DNA of 64,000 nucleotides from positions 3,844,001 to 3,908,000 of the forward strand of contig NC_089429.1 of assembly GCF_026210795.1 (NCBI RefSeq), given 5' to 3'. The notes beneath the pieces were generated by a model. The model did not search any database. It was not told the origin of the DNA and worked only from the letters and a program-made list of their open reading frames with translations. Below, one piece after another: positions 37,353-50,304 of this stretch. This DNA is from Rhizophagus irregularis (Eukaryota). Position numbers and translations under genes: made by a program. The first letter of the stretch is position 1; each line of letters begins with the position of its first letter.

Positions 37353-38454
37353 ATGGCAAAAGTAGCTACAGATTTCATGAAACGCCATAAATGGACCTCT
37401 GAAACTCCATCATCCGAACTAGCCAAATACACAAAGGAAATTAACAAAAGTTTGAAGGATGATCGCAAGGTAAGATTCAATGCCAAAACACATATTCGAC
37501 AATTAGGGCTTATTAAGGAACAAGTAGAAGATCTCATTCCTATTCGACCTACTGGAAAGCATGAAAAAGGCAGGGATATTGTTGATAAAATTGCTCAAGA
37601 AATTGTGAACAATGACTTTCCACTGGAGAAAATAAAAGAAATTTCAAATGATCTGGCCGGTTATGCACCTAATCCAGTCGCAGGAAGTTCTCGGCTCACT
37701 TTATTGCAAAAAAAGTTACGCGATCATGAAGCTGATCATTCCAAAAAAAAAGTGACCAAAATTCCACACATTACTACAGAATCGAATAAAATTCAAGCAC
37801 ACTGGCATATATTTGATGAAGATGAGGGCTTTGAATGTCCTGAACACTACTACTTAGAAAAGGTTCAGGAAAGACTTGAAAATGTGATATTTCCTCGTCT
37901 TCTTCTAAGAAAAATCTGGTTGATATAATGATAATGTTGTCTATGCGACCGGCAGATGTTGCTGGTCTTTCTATTGATCAATATGATATATCAGACGAGA
38001 TGTGGTATAAATCCAATTATAGTTGGTATTGTACTGATTACTCCAAAATTAAGCGTGAAACAGGATCAGGAGAACCCTGACCTTTTCTCTCAATGGAAAA
38101 AGATCCAATACGAGCAAAAGAGTTGCTCACCTGGATTCAGAACGCAATATCGGAAAAATTCACTTTCTTACAAAAAAATCGTAGTGGTATAGTTAACGTA
38201 AATCCAATTAATACCACTATAGCTGAGCATGGAATTACTTCACGTAAATTAAGGGTAATAGGTGTGGACCACGCTAGCAGGATCCATGGGGTAGGAATGA
38301 TTCTTATCGTCAATATTTGTGAAAATTGGCTTGCAGACAGGTAGTAGGCAGAGTTGTATCAGTAGAACACTACGGCATAATGAACGACTCACCTTCTTGC
38401 AATTATTCAAAGGGGTCAGGGAATCAGGCAAAGATAAAAGAAAAAATGGATTAA
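37353..38454 (+). pseudogene. Putative tyrosine recombinase / telomere-resolvase-like protein, frameshifted
   Basis: Manual repair of frameshifts at ~37881 and ~38290 gives DIMIMLSMRPADV, YSKIK, TSRKLRVIGVDHA, KLACRQ and SVEHY. The order matches the R..K..(H/K)xxR..H..Y catalytic layout. Confidence 0.5.
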
Positions 38455-39189
38455 TCTTATTGATATACTGTAATGGTGATAATGTTCTGGCTGATTATAT
38501 GAGGCCATTTCCTCCAAATATATTATCCTTATAAATGCCAGTCCGCAGTGATAGAGGTTTATTTTTTATATTTGGATATTATATATGCCATAATAAAAAT
38601 GGTATTCGTGAATTGTATAATCGAAGAAAATAGTCACACCCAGGCATCAATTGATACGAGCGCTAATGTAAATTTCATTAGCCAAAAACATATTAGTGAA
38701 TTAGGAATTACATATTATAGTGAAAGCAATAGCATTGCAACTCCGGATGTATCCTATTCACTGGTCAAAAACCAATATATCGGGTAGCAGATATGTATCA
38801 GATATGTACCCGATATGTGTAGTATTAATGCTGAAAATCGGGTACCCGATATGTGTAAGATATATGTAAATATATATATCATATACATATCGGGTACCGA
38901 TATGTATATGATATGTAAATGATATGTAGACGATATATATATTTACACATATCTTTAGAGCTTTTCACTGGATTATCCTATGAATAATTTAGGATAACCC
39001 ATTGGGAAATTTGAAGATCCGAATATCCTGTCAAATTAGGATAACGGGTAATCCGAGTAATCATCCTAGGATAATCCAAATTATCCTAGGATATTGTTTC
39101 TAACAATCGGAACGTAATTACGTAAGTACGTAACACCATTTTTTTTACTTTTTTTTCGTTGTCAGATTGTCAGAAGCCTTCAAACTGGA

Positions 39190-40400
39190 AATGTGTCACT
39201 CACGTTAGCAAACGAAATCAAAAAATATAAAACAGATGCTCTTATCGAATTTTTACAGAGAGAAGAGGACTTGGAGCTTGATGACTTGAAAGTTATTCGC
39301 GAAGAAAAAGTTAATGGGCGTGACTTTCTCAAGTTAACCGAAGAAAAACTTGAGCGGACAATGGAATGAAACTGGGAGGACTACATCGAGGCTTGCAGAC
39401 TTCATTAAGGAGTGTAAGGAGAAAGAAGCGCTCATTTTCCTCGTATAAGACTCAGAAAGACTTAAAAGAGGTATTAGCAAAGTATGGGATTGATGGTAAT
39501 GGGATAGGTGCAATCCGTCAATTTCCACCAAGTGAGTCCTATCTTCTCAGTTTATTATTTACAAACTATTACGTGAGTTGATGGGCTAATTTTAATGTTC
39601 CACTTTCTAGAAACATATACACTCGAAGACGATGATGAGGAATTGAAACAATGTATAAGGGAAATAAAATGCAGGTTGGGAAATATGGGGACTATTCTTG
39701 CCGATAGCAATGAAGCCATGCGGTGCGAATATATTTCGGTCATTCTTCAGCTTGATACATGTATCTTTCATTATGAGTTTGCCGTTTTCTTACTAATCCC
39801 TATAATTAAATTGAGTTGGAAAAATAAATTGATAATATACTAAACCAATTGAATTTCATTTTTACACTTACAACTTCGTACAAATTGAGTAAGATATCTT
39901 GAAATATTACCCATGAAGTATCAGGTCTTCGCTATATATTGTCAAGAGAATAACAAAAAAAGAGATTACTTTGGCTCCCCAGTTAGAAATTGTTGGTGAA
40001 GAAAATACCGGTCGAGTCGATTATACAATCAAGGCCCTTGAGGAACTTATTTGCATCACGGAAGGGATATTATATCAAGTGGTCATTAGCTTTGCTCAGA
40101 ATCACGGGTGATGCATTCGGAGATGACTTCGATTATATCTATGGAATCGTTACAACAGCTACGGATTGGTATTTCATCCTTTACGCTTTGGACGGAATAT
40201 ATTGTACAAGTAAAAATTCTCTTAATATCTGATTTACCGAGTCTGCTTTGAAAGAGAATTCGGAGGATGAAAAAGAATTGTGTAAAAATGTGAAGCGAGT
40301 GATAGAAGTTATTGTTGGGTTATTGAAGGATAGGGTAGATGTTGAGAAGGAGCCGGCGATGAAGAAACAACAAGTTCAAGAGTATTTTGAAAACAAATAA
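39190..40400 (+). pseudogene. SAM-like header + PD-(D/E)xK nuclease-like (Crinkler-related) gene carried in the hAT
   Basis: SAM-like LIEFLQ..IREEKVNGRDFLKLTEEKL, intron ~39532-39610, NEAMRCEYIS, GRVDYTIK..CITEG, YGIVTTATDWYF. Paralogous to 48691-49881. A ~175 bp insertion lies at ~39750-39925. Confidence 0.75.
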
Positions 40401-40650
40401 TTATGCATATTAGATAGAAATTTCATGTATAGGGTTGCGTCCTGTAATTTATTTTTGAAGTGCTTTATTAATAATTTATCATTGTAATAAAATAATAAAA
40501 AATTTATTTTTCATTTATAGAACGATCACAATAATTCTTTATTTAGTAAAATAATTTGGCAAAAGCAAACATGTAAGGAGTGGTGGAGCAAATATAAATT
40601 CTAATTAATTAATACGAGTACATATAGTGAAATAAACTCTAGTAAAATTG

Positions 40651-42850
40651 TCACATATTATTATTATTATTATTATTAAACATTTCACCTACTCCAACTA
40701 AATTGCCGTTTCTTTTCAAAAAAATTAAAGCTTCAAATAAATCCGCCTTCATACTTGTCCTTTTTGAGGACATTATCAATCCAGCATCGCTAAAGACCCT
40801 TTCGCTTGCCCCAATGTTGCTTAGATAGATAAATACTTTCGTGCCAATTGTGCTAAGACTGGAAATTGACTCTTATTTACGTCCCACCATTTTAAAGGAT
40901 CTTGATCATTTTTGATTTGTGCCATTACTAAATATCGTTCAACTTCATTATCTTCAGTCTGAAGATCATGAGATTCATCATCTGAGAACAAGCTTCTTTT
41001 ATAAACTCGTGTTGAAGTTTTTCTTTTTTTTGGTTTTGGCTCACATTCCTCTAGTTGAATATTAGTATTCTTTGCTAATTCATAAATTTCGTGGAGATTA
41101 GCTTTTGCTAATACCTTTTGTTCATTGTTTGCAAATGCTGTTTTTTTTTTACGTGGATCCAAAAGTGCTGCAATAAGTGCTTCCTTTTCAATTACCTCAA
41201 AATAATTTTCAAGTGCCTTATAAAGATTTGATTTAATACCATCCAAAAGCCCGAAGGTATTAGTAGGAGTATTTATTTTGATTTTTCGTCTGGCATCGGG
41301 TTCATCATCTTCATCAACTTCTTCAAATTGATGATTTTCAAACGCATTATCATTTGTTTCCAAATCTAAATTAGAGTTTATTGTTAGACTAAACATAGTT
41401 TTGAGTTTAATGATACCTGGATATATGTAACTCATTGTAGCATATTTCGTCCCTTCCAATCTTTCTGTTAACTCAGCAAAGGGACCCAAAATTTCAAGCA
41501 AATCTCTTATAATTTCCCATTCATCATTAGTAAGGTTAACTTTATTTAACCTTTTCGCGTCCTCTTTAGCATTATTGTCTTTGCATGCATTTAATGATGA
41601 AATAACAATATCAATATAAGGTTTTAAAGTAATTAACCTTTCCCATGCTATATATGTACTTGACCAACGTGTTTCAACATCGGTTATTGCCCTATAAAAA
41701 ATTCCATGTAAATCACTCCCTTCTTCAACATTGTCTGAAATTTTTTTTTGCGCATTTAAAAGACGCTCATTTTGCTTTGGTGAAGTAAAAAAATTAATTA
41801 ATCTTTTTGCACGTGCAATTAGAATTTCAGCAGTAAGTAATCCCTTCCCAACTACCAATTGGATTGTGTGTGCAGTGCATGATAATCTATGTAACCAAAC
41901 TATTTGATTAAGACACTTTTTCATGTTAGATGCGTTATCTGTAGTACAAAAAAAACCTTATTTTGCAATTCCCATTGAGTAATAATTTTCTCTAACGCAT
42001 GTTGAATAGCTTCTCCGGTATGTGGATAGGGCATATATTGAATAGCTAAAGTAATTTCTCTCATTTCAAAATCGGGTGTAATAAAGTGACATGTAACTCC
42101 AAGAAAGCCCTGCTTACTACGTGAAGTCCAAAGGTCACAAGTAAGTGAAACTAAAGCTGCATTTTCATGGATATACTGCTTAAGCTTATTTTTTGAAAAT
42201 TCATACGCTTCAAATATTATTTTTCGAAATTCTTTATCACTTGGAAGTTCAAAATTTTCACTTAAAGCATTAATAAATTGACGAAAAAAAGGAGATTTTA
42301 AAAGATAAAGAGGTTGAAAATCCAGAATGAGCCATTCAAAAAGAAGAGTTTCCAAATATTTTTGCCGATCTGGTGTCATTTGTGGATGTGAATCTGATGA
42401 AATAGTATAACGATCAATTTTTACTTGTTTTAAAGATGGTGTAATAGTTGCTGAAGGTTTAGAATGTTCATAAATTTTGTGTTTTCGATTAAGGTGGCTA
42501 ATAATATTACCAGTAGGACTGGAAGTTTCAATTTTTGAAGTACAGTTTTCACCGTTATCTAATTTTTGATTACATTCAAAAATAAATTTATTTGGATTTG
42601 ATGGATGATTTTTTCGCTCACCCCAATTATATACCCAACTGCGAAATTTTGATCCTCCTTTATTTTTAGCTTGAAAATCTAAATCATGTTCTTCTTTATT
42701 AAGAAGTTTATCAAACGCATTTTTTGTATATTCTTCTATATTAGTATTATCTAAAGGTGATGTTACGGGCGTATGATTTTCTATATCAATTATATCAATA
42801 TAGTTATCTTCAGATTGTACATGTGTTTCTAAAGTTCTTTCAGTTGACAT
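40651..42850 (-). pseudogene. hAT transposase (BED finger, DDE, C-terminal dimerisation domain), frameshifted
   Basis: C..C..HLNRKH BED finger, SLTCDLWTS, TTDNA at the ~41950 frameshift, CTAHTIQL, DVETRWSST, LLDPR, PLKWW..FPVLAQLARKYLSI, then SERVFS after a stop and frameshift at ~40821. Confidence 0.95.
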
Positions 42851-43577
42851 ATTTAGATTAAACTTTAAAATATTCTTTGTTCTATAAATTCTTTGAATAA
42901 AAAAAAAAACGTTTTTTTAAAAGTAGTACAAAATACCAAATATTTATATACAATTGCCAATTTGTGTATGACTATCAAATCAGTCAATCAGATTATATAT
43001 ATTAATCATTTTTCAGGATAATCTGGATAATCTGGATAATCTATAGAATTATTCATTCATAATTTCTTAAATCCGAATATCCGTATAAAATTAACCGGAT
43101 ATAAATTTGGATAATAGGATAATCCGGATAAATCCTAGGATTTTATCCGTTCAAGGAAAGCTCTACATATCTTACACATATCGGGTACCCGATTTTCAGC
43201 ATTAATACTACACATATCGGGTACATATCTGATACATATCTGCTATCCGATATATTGGTTTTTGACTAGTGATTCCACATTAGGGAAGGTCAATCTGCAT
43301 ATCAGCTTTAATGATGGTGAAAAACATAAAAGCACACCCAGTGAATTCATAGTTGTTGGACCAGATTGGCCGGGACCTGATTTAATTTTAGGAGGGCCTT
43401 AGTTTCGAGAAAATGGTACAACTTTGAATATATGTAATTCAAAACTATTATTAGACGATAATTTGCGATTCCATTCAAAGTATGAACCCATGCAGAATAA
43501 CGATTATCCGAAGTAGTGATCATCAATATGCGTAATTTTATTTTTTTGTTTAAAGATACAACATATAATACAGACTA

Positions 43578-45289
43578 CAGTCAAACTTCGATATACCGAT
43601 GCTTTCGGTATTGGGAAAAAGTATCGGTACATTGAAATATCGGGACATATATGTAATTAGTAGATTATAATGCAGGCCAAAATCTAACTCTAGCTTGCAC
43701 TATACTTAATTCTAAGTCCAAAATTTCCAAAATTTCTTTAATATATTATGTATAATGTGAATATGATTATAGAAAAAAATCCAATTTCGGACATAATTAA
43801 GAAGGATGCTTAAATTTTAAAGTTACAATTTTTTAACTCAGGCCAAACTTATAGTGCCGGCCGGAATTAACACTAGTGTAACCAAAATTATTGGTACATC
43901 TTAATATACATTATTATAAAGGGACCAGGAGGTTGTATCGGTATACGTTACATCGCGAAATTATATAGTATAATATTGGTATAATGAGGTTTTTTTATTA
44001 GTGATAAACAGAACAACAAAAATTTATCAGTAAAAGCAATTATCGGTATATAGAGTATCGGTACTAAAGCTCTGAACGGGTCAGTTTGGTCTGGATTATA
44101 GACAGTTTGGATTAGAGCTGAAATCCGTAAGAACTGATGAACTGAAAAACTGGCAGTTCAGTTCAGTTTAATCCGATTTTTATAAAAATGCAAAAATCGA
44201 ATAGCCGGCTATCTAGTGATCATATAAATTCAAGCCATATATCATTGGATTCGTCTCGACAAAATGCGTCGAATGGCGGTAAGATCATGTCTCTAGCATC
44301 AATAGATCACACGTTAACCCACGCTAAATGATTTATAAATAATTGGAATTAGCAAGCTATTTATCAGAGCTAGAGACATGATCTTAGCACCATTTGACAC
44401 GTCTCAGTGAGACGAATCCAATGCATATAAATTCGTTCATGTACGACTACTGGATGGCGAACAATATCAAGTTTCGCATTTTTTTTAAAATTTTTGAGCG
44501 TTAAAAATTAAAAATTCTGATACATGAATTTATTCGTCGTCCAATGGTCGTACAAATATGAATTAGGACTCATTGGATTCGTCTCAACGAGACGAGTCGA
44601 ATGGTGGTAAAATCATGTCTCTAGCATCAATACATCACACATTAACCCACGCTAAATGATTTATAAATAATTGGAATTAGCAAGCTATCTATCAATGCTA
44701 GAGACGTGATCTTACCACCATTCGACTCGTCTCATTGAGACGAATCCAATGAGTCCTAATTCATATTTGTATGACCATTGGACGACGAATAAATTCATGT
44801 ATCAGAATTTTTAATTTTTAACGCTCAAAAATTTTTAAAAAATGCGAAACTTGATATTATTTGCCATCCAGTGGTCGTATACGAACGAATTTATATTCAT
44901 TAGATTCGTCTCACTGAGACGCGTCGAATGGTGCTAAGATCATGTCTCTAGCTCCGATAGATAGCTTGCTAATTCCAATTATTTATAAATCATTTAGCGT
45001 GGGTTAACGTGTGATCTATTGATGCTAGAAACATGATCTTACCACCATTCGACGCGTCTCGTCGAGACGAATCCAATGATATATAACTCGAATTTATACG
45101 ATCACTAGATGGCCGGCTATTCGATTTTTCGCATTTTTATAAAAAATCAGATTAAACCAAACTGAACTGCCAGTTTTTCGGTTCTAATACCCGAACCAAA
45201 CCAAACCGAATTTTGAGCCGGTTTCAGATTGGTTCCCCGGTTTAGCCCGAACTGTTCGGAGCTTTAATCGGTATATCGAAGTTTAACTG
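43578..45289. mobile_element. Tc1/mariner-like MITE with a nested hAT MITE
   Basis: TIR CAGTCAAACTTCGATATACCGAT / ATCGGTATATCGAAGTTTAACTG with TA on both sides. Confidence 0.88.
44065..45266. mobile_element. hAT-like foldback MITE with ~500 bp inverted arms
   Basis: TIR TAAAGCTCTGAAC / GTTCGGAGCTTTA, TSD ATCGGTAC/ATCGGTAT. 44140-44630 is the reverse complement of ~44690-45180. It contains six CGTCTC-N3-GAGACG-type units. Confidence 0.88.
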
Positions 45290-45615
45290 TATTTAGCCAG
45301 AGGCGCTTCGCATGACGCATTTAACCATCTTTTATTTACCAGAAGTACTAGAACATATTTTACATTTCTTATTGATAGATAAATCCATCTACCCCGCTCT
45401 ATATGTTTCCCGATTGTGGTACAGATGCGGTGCCCTATTATATGAAGACGCATTGAGCTAAAGGAAAACGATCCCAAAGCAAAGAAATTCATAGAATTAG
45501 TATGTGGGAAGCAAAAGCCAATTTATAGCTTGAAACTAACCCATCTCCATACTATAATCCACTTTCAAGTAAGAAAATTGAAGGTATCGTAAGAACATGC
45601 CCAAACATAATTCAT

Positions 45616-46614
45616 TTGAATTTCGAAAATTGTGTGGGTTTTAGTAATAGAGCATTAAATCAGCTTAAAGCATACCCCAATCTGAGATATCTTAATTTAT
45701 GTAGTAGTGGTATTATGGGTGATAAAGCTTTATGTGGAATGGTGGGATCATGTCATAAAATAGAATATCTAAATATTTCTTTCTGTCAAGGTATTACTGA
45801 TAGATCTTTAATCAAAATTGCGGACAGTTGCCAAGCTTTACAAGAGTTTCATTTTGCTTGTGCGCATTTGATTTCTGAAAGATTTATAAGTCACATCTTA
45901 AACTCATGCCCAAATTTACGAAGATTCAGTATTCCGGGTAGCTGTCGAAGAAAAAATAGATGTGATATATTAGTAGAAAAACTTCTTACTGTAGAGAAAC
46001 ACCTTAATGTAGAGAAACATCTTAGTGTAGAGTATCTTGATTTTGGTAGGTGTGTTTACGTCACCGAGACTTCAATTTGCAATGCCATTCATTCCTGTCC
46101 AAATCTCCAACATCTCAACCTTAGTTTTTGTGGAATTACTGATAAAACTATCGAAAAAATTGCTAGATCATGTTATATTTTAAAATATCTTAATTTAAGG
46201 GGGTGTTATAAAATTAGCAAAAGAGCTATAAATAAGCTAAATCCAAATATCCACATAGAGAATTTCGAGGAAACTTTATCACCTCCCGATCTCATTGGAG
46301 CAGTTAGAAATCATCTTATAGAGAACAATGTTTCTAATAGACAAATTTTAGCTCAGGGTTATCAGCGCCTCTTAGATTTAAGTATGCGAGATAATTTGCA
46401 GTGGTATTCCAATCCAGGGTTGGCTAGATCAACAGTCCAGAATGGTGGTCGGTTATATAACACCCGGTATAGTATTGCTAATAATCAAAATTCAGTTCTA
46501 TCTCAGATACACCGGCAACCTAACAGACGGTCACCAAGGAATTATTTTGATAGAATACTAGCTGATCAAGCAGAATGCTGGTACTCTACTGATCTAACTA
46601 ATCTGGAGCAGTGA
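45616..46614 (+). CDS. Leucine-rich repeat (RNI-like, F-box/LRR type) protein, 5' part degraded
   Basis: Repeats such as [26 protein letters not shown] and [27 protein letters not shown]. The true start is upstream and frameshifted. Confidence 0.82.
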   Translation: MNFENCVGFSNRALNQLKAYPNLRYLNLCSSGIMGDKALCGMVGSCHKIEYLNISFCQGITDRSLIKIADSCQALQEFHFACAHLISERFISHILNSCPNLRRFSIPGSCRRKNRCDILVEKLLTVEKHLNVEKHLSVEYLDFGRCVYVTETSICNAIHSCPNLQHLNLSFCGITDKTIEKIARSCYILKYLNLRGCYKISKRAINKLNPNIHIENFEETLSPPDLIGAVRNHLIENNVSNRQILAQGYQRLLDLSMRDNLQWYSNPGLARSTVQNGGRLYNTRYSIANNQNSVLSQIHRQPNRRSPRNYFDRILADQAECWYSTDLTNLEQ

Positions 46615-46704
46615 TCAGCTCGGAAGATTTTTTGTTGGGTTATAGTATGTGTGATAAAAAATATAGATTAGCTAACCTGTTCTAGACATGGGCATTGACT
46701 GGCA

Positions 46705-47302
46705 CTAGATGGATTTTTGACGAATATTTCGTGCAATTGTTGAGGAGAGAGCTTTGGAAATAGCGGATGCCTCTCCAGTAAACCGAATTTTATTTACCCC
46801 CATTTCACCATATTTCTGTAAAATCACAATTGGAACATCTTCTAATGGACCGTGGAATTCCTCAAACTTTTGGAGATATGCTCTTGCTTTTTCATCGACT
46901 TCTTCTGCCCTTTCTTGATTAGAATAACCAATAATACCGAGTTCATCCTGAATTGTTATTATATCCTCTTCCAGGTATAAAAGCAAATTATATATTTCTC
47001 TATATGAAATATCCGTAGAAGCTTTATAACTCCTAAGTTCCACCTCTAGAATGGGATTGCCTTCGATGTTGAGTTCCTCCTGTATTGGTAACATATCTCC
47101 CACCAAGTCTAACAACAACTCATATGAATCGGCAAGTGTTATCTCTTCCTTGCTTTGACGCACTGCCTCTTGATTTGCATTGATATTAATACCAAGCTTT
47201 TTCTGAATAGCTATTATATCCTTCTTCTTATATAAAAATACTTCATATAATTGATCAAGAGATTCTTTCGTAGGAGATTTATTAGTATTGTTATTCACCA
47301 TG
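46705..47302 (-). CDS. Hypothetical acidic helical protein with internal repeats
   Basis: Open frame with a likely start at MVNNN. Repeated YxxLLx..DIIxIQxxLGI motif. Confidence 0.55.
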
Positions 47303-47985
47303 ATTGCTAATAGTAAAGTAATATATTTAATGTGGAAAATTTTACCGAAGGTGCCTATGGCCGAGTCCGGAATACTGATCGTCAACCCGGGATAGTGATC
47401 ATCAGCTCGGAAGAATTTGCTGAGCCACAGATTGTGTGACAGAAAAAGGCCGATCACCAGGCAGGGTTTGTGCGACATATTAATTTTCACATATATATTC
47501 GAAAAAACATAACCTTTATTCTTTATTTTTTTCCCGAACAAACATGAGAAAAATGTGAAAGGAGGTCTAGTTGGAGCACAGGACCAGCTCTAAAAGTAAA
47601 TAGTGCCGACAAAAGCATATGTTATGAAAGGCTGAGGACTTTGGAATTTCGAGATCGCCAGGCGTAAAACCAACTGTGTGTCTCTCCGGTAGATCTACAT
47701 GTGAAAGGGTATGAGAATTACATTTGCATGTGCCTTCATAGAACTCTTGGCATCAGACAACAATACTAATTACGCCTTATATCTCCTTATCTTCGGTCTT
47801 GGCGCTCTTTTTCCCAGCAAGATATAAAGCATGTAATGGTATGTGGAAGTTCAGTCAACTTTCCCGCAAAAATTTTAAGGTATGTAACTTATTTTATTCA
47901 CTTATAGAAAATGTTTCGAAATATTTTTGCATCTATACAGACGAAATTTTATTCACTATGGGCCTTTATAATTAGGAAAAGCAAA

Positions 47986-48358
47986 ATGCCAGAAATCAGA
48001 CTTAACTGTCTTGTTGTTCCTGAACATTCCAGTCGGGGAAATCACTCGTCAAAATCTCGTTACAATCGATATTGGCACCAATGAATCCGTCCATTCTCTT
48101 AGATCGAAAATTAAAAAAGAATGTGCGCCCTGTTTTGATGACATTCCAATCACACAATTCGTAATCCGTGCAGTTGAAATTTCAAGTAATGATTTGGCGA
48201 ATGATAATACTACAGTATTGTTTCTAAGCATAAAAAATGGGACTCAGGGGACGGAACTATCTCCAATTTCTAATATTTCTCCCCGCTTTTCCATTCAACC
48301 TCCTCAAGATAATATTCATATTATAGTATATTTGAAAATTAAAACACCCCAGCAGTGA
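47986..48358 (+). pseudogene. Crinkler N-terminal (ubiquitin-like header) domain only
   Basis: MPEIRLNCLVV, a frameshift at ~48020, then VTIDIGTNESVHSLRSKIKKE...QPPQDNIHIIV, the canonical HIIV end of the CRN header. Confidence 0.8.
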
Positions 48359-48690
48359 AATGCGACTGTAATTACATATATTATCGTTTTTTGTATCAGT
48401 TGCTCTGGCAACGTTTTTTATTTCATAAATAAAGTATTATTACGTCTTGTCGTAAATCTCGATAAATGTCACGTGTAATGATGTAATATAATCGCCTGAC
48501 AATCCTGTACTACATCTTAATTGCATATATATTGGCCAAATGTATTATGAATCGATACAAAAAAAATCTATCATTTCTCCCGAGCGTCGGAAACCAAAAA
48601 TACTTTTATATCCATAAACCAGCTTTACCTGTAACTGCAGTCGAATGCATATTTTTTTTTCGCAAGCACAAACTCACATATATAAAAACT

Positions 48691-49881
48691 ATGTCTTCAC
48701 AAGCTTCTTCACCCGCTTCACCCGCCTCAATAACAGAAGAAATTTCCACTAGAACAATGTCGGACGTGGTTAAGGATTTCGATACAGAGGGGCTTATTGA
48801 ATATTTGGGGAGGAAAGACTTGAAGCTCAAGGAGACCGACCCACTTTAAAATTTTACGAAAGGAAGAGATTGCTGGCTCTGACTTTCTTGAATTAACAGA
48901 AGAAAATTACGTAGTATTGGTTTCGCGTTAGGTCCAGCAACAAGGCTTACGAAATTTATTGAAGGCCTCAGTCAGAAATTACGAAACTATTCCTCCCTTA
49001 AAACTCTCGACGACCTGAAGGAAATGTTACGTAGAAATAAGGTCAATGGGGAAGATATAACAAAGATCAAGCAATTTACTCCTGATAGGTAATTAATTAT
49101 TTTTCGAAGCTGACTAGATAGTTATATTAACTTTATTTTTCTCTATAGTCTTCGAGGAGATTAGTGATGATGATAAAGCATTCAAACACTGTATGGAGGA
49201 CATTATCTTAAAACTTTCGAATGTGGAGACCATGACCGATGCTAACGAGGCAACGCGCTGTGAATTTATTTCAGCTATATTACATGCATCAATTGCCATC
49301 GCCAAGAAACTCACTTCTCAAGATATATTCATAGTTTTGCAGAAAGAGACGTTTCCGGTGAAGATGCAACGGGCAGAGTAGACTATGCGATCAAAAGTTT
49401 GGAAGACCTCCTCTGTATTACCGAAGGGAAGCCACGCAATATTAAGATTGGATATGCGCAGGTGCGTCTACTACACAGATCTGTGTTTTTAGAGCGCCAA
49501 AGCCGAAAGAGATTCAATATTAACACATTTTATTTTTCTTAGAATCTGGCTCAGCTTGAAAGTGCGTTCCAGGCAAATAAGAAGAAGCGGACTGCGGATC
49601 AAGCTTTTGGGAACGACTATTTTGATTATATATATGGTGTTGTGACTACAGGCACAGAGTGGCATTTTATCATATATACTCCTGATGGTATATACTCTAC
49701 GAGCGGTAGTGAATATCAGATCAATCTCACGAAGTCCGCAGTTAAAGATAATCCCGAATTACTTCGAAGCAACGTGAAAAGGGTAATCGGCATAATTGTA
49801 GGGTTATTGAAGGATCGGGTTAGTGTAGATAGTTCCCCAACTAGCAAGAGGGCTAGGATCGAAAAAATTATTAAAAAATAA
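48691..49881 (+). pseudogene. SAM-like header + PD-(D/E)xK nuclease-like (Crinkler-related) gene, 2 introns, frameshifts
   Basis: VKDFDTEGLIEYL..EEIAGSDFLELTE, NEATRCEFIS, GRVDYAIK..CITEGK, YGVVTTGTEWHF. Introns at ~49089-49148 and 49462-49542. Confidence 0.8.
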
Positions 49882-50304
49882 GTATCCTGGGCTACGTCCC
49901 GAACATTTGTATTTATTTTTGCATGTAATAATAAAAAATTTTCTTGGCAGAATTTGGACGACCTGAGGTCGCTGAAATCACGTGAATTTTATTAGCCGGA
50001 CTTACGAAAAAATAATGTTTTCAATTGAATAAGCATATTTATTAGTTGTACAAATTGATCTACAGTGTATTAGTTAATGAAAAATATAATAAAGCTTTGA
50101 TTTTTAAATTAAGCAAATTAAATATAAAAATAAATCATGTTAGGAATGAACTAGCTATATTCTGATGAAAAAAAATCATGTGTGCGTGACCATTTGTCGA
50201 AAAAATTTTGCGAAACCTTTCCTCCACCTTGTGCAAATCTACCGCCATCAATATCAATTAATCAAATGAACAGTATAAAACAGAGCATGTTTGTCGGTTT
50301 GATT

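Larger units (their letters stand above)
38956..43165 (-). mobile_element. hAT transposon (4210 bp) with a transposase and a cargo gene
   Basis: TIR TAGAGCTTT / AAAGCTCTA, perfect 8 bp TSD CATATCTT (38948-38955 and 43166-43173), subterminal GGATAA/TTATCC repeats. Confidence 0.95.
38759..43271. mobile_element. CACTA-type MITE (~300 bp) hosting a hAT element
   Basis: ~105 bp TIRs CACTGGTCAAAAACCAATATATCGG / CCGATATATTGGTTTTTGACTAGTG with 3 bp TSD ATT. Confidence 0.92.
38598..43500 (+). pseudogene. Retropepsin-like aspartic protease split by a nested insertion
   Basis: N-half ASIDTSANVNFISQK (38598-38758). C-half after 43274: STLGKVNLHISF..EFIVVGPDWPGPDLILGGP*FREN. Confidence 0.75.

Noticed and set aside
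38598..43500. LTR retrotransposon implied by the retropepsin
   Set aside because: There is no gag, RT, integrase or LTRs around it.
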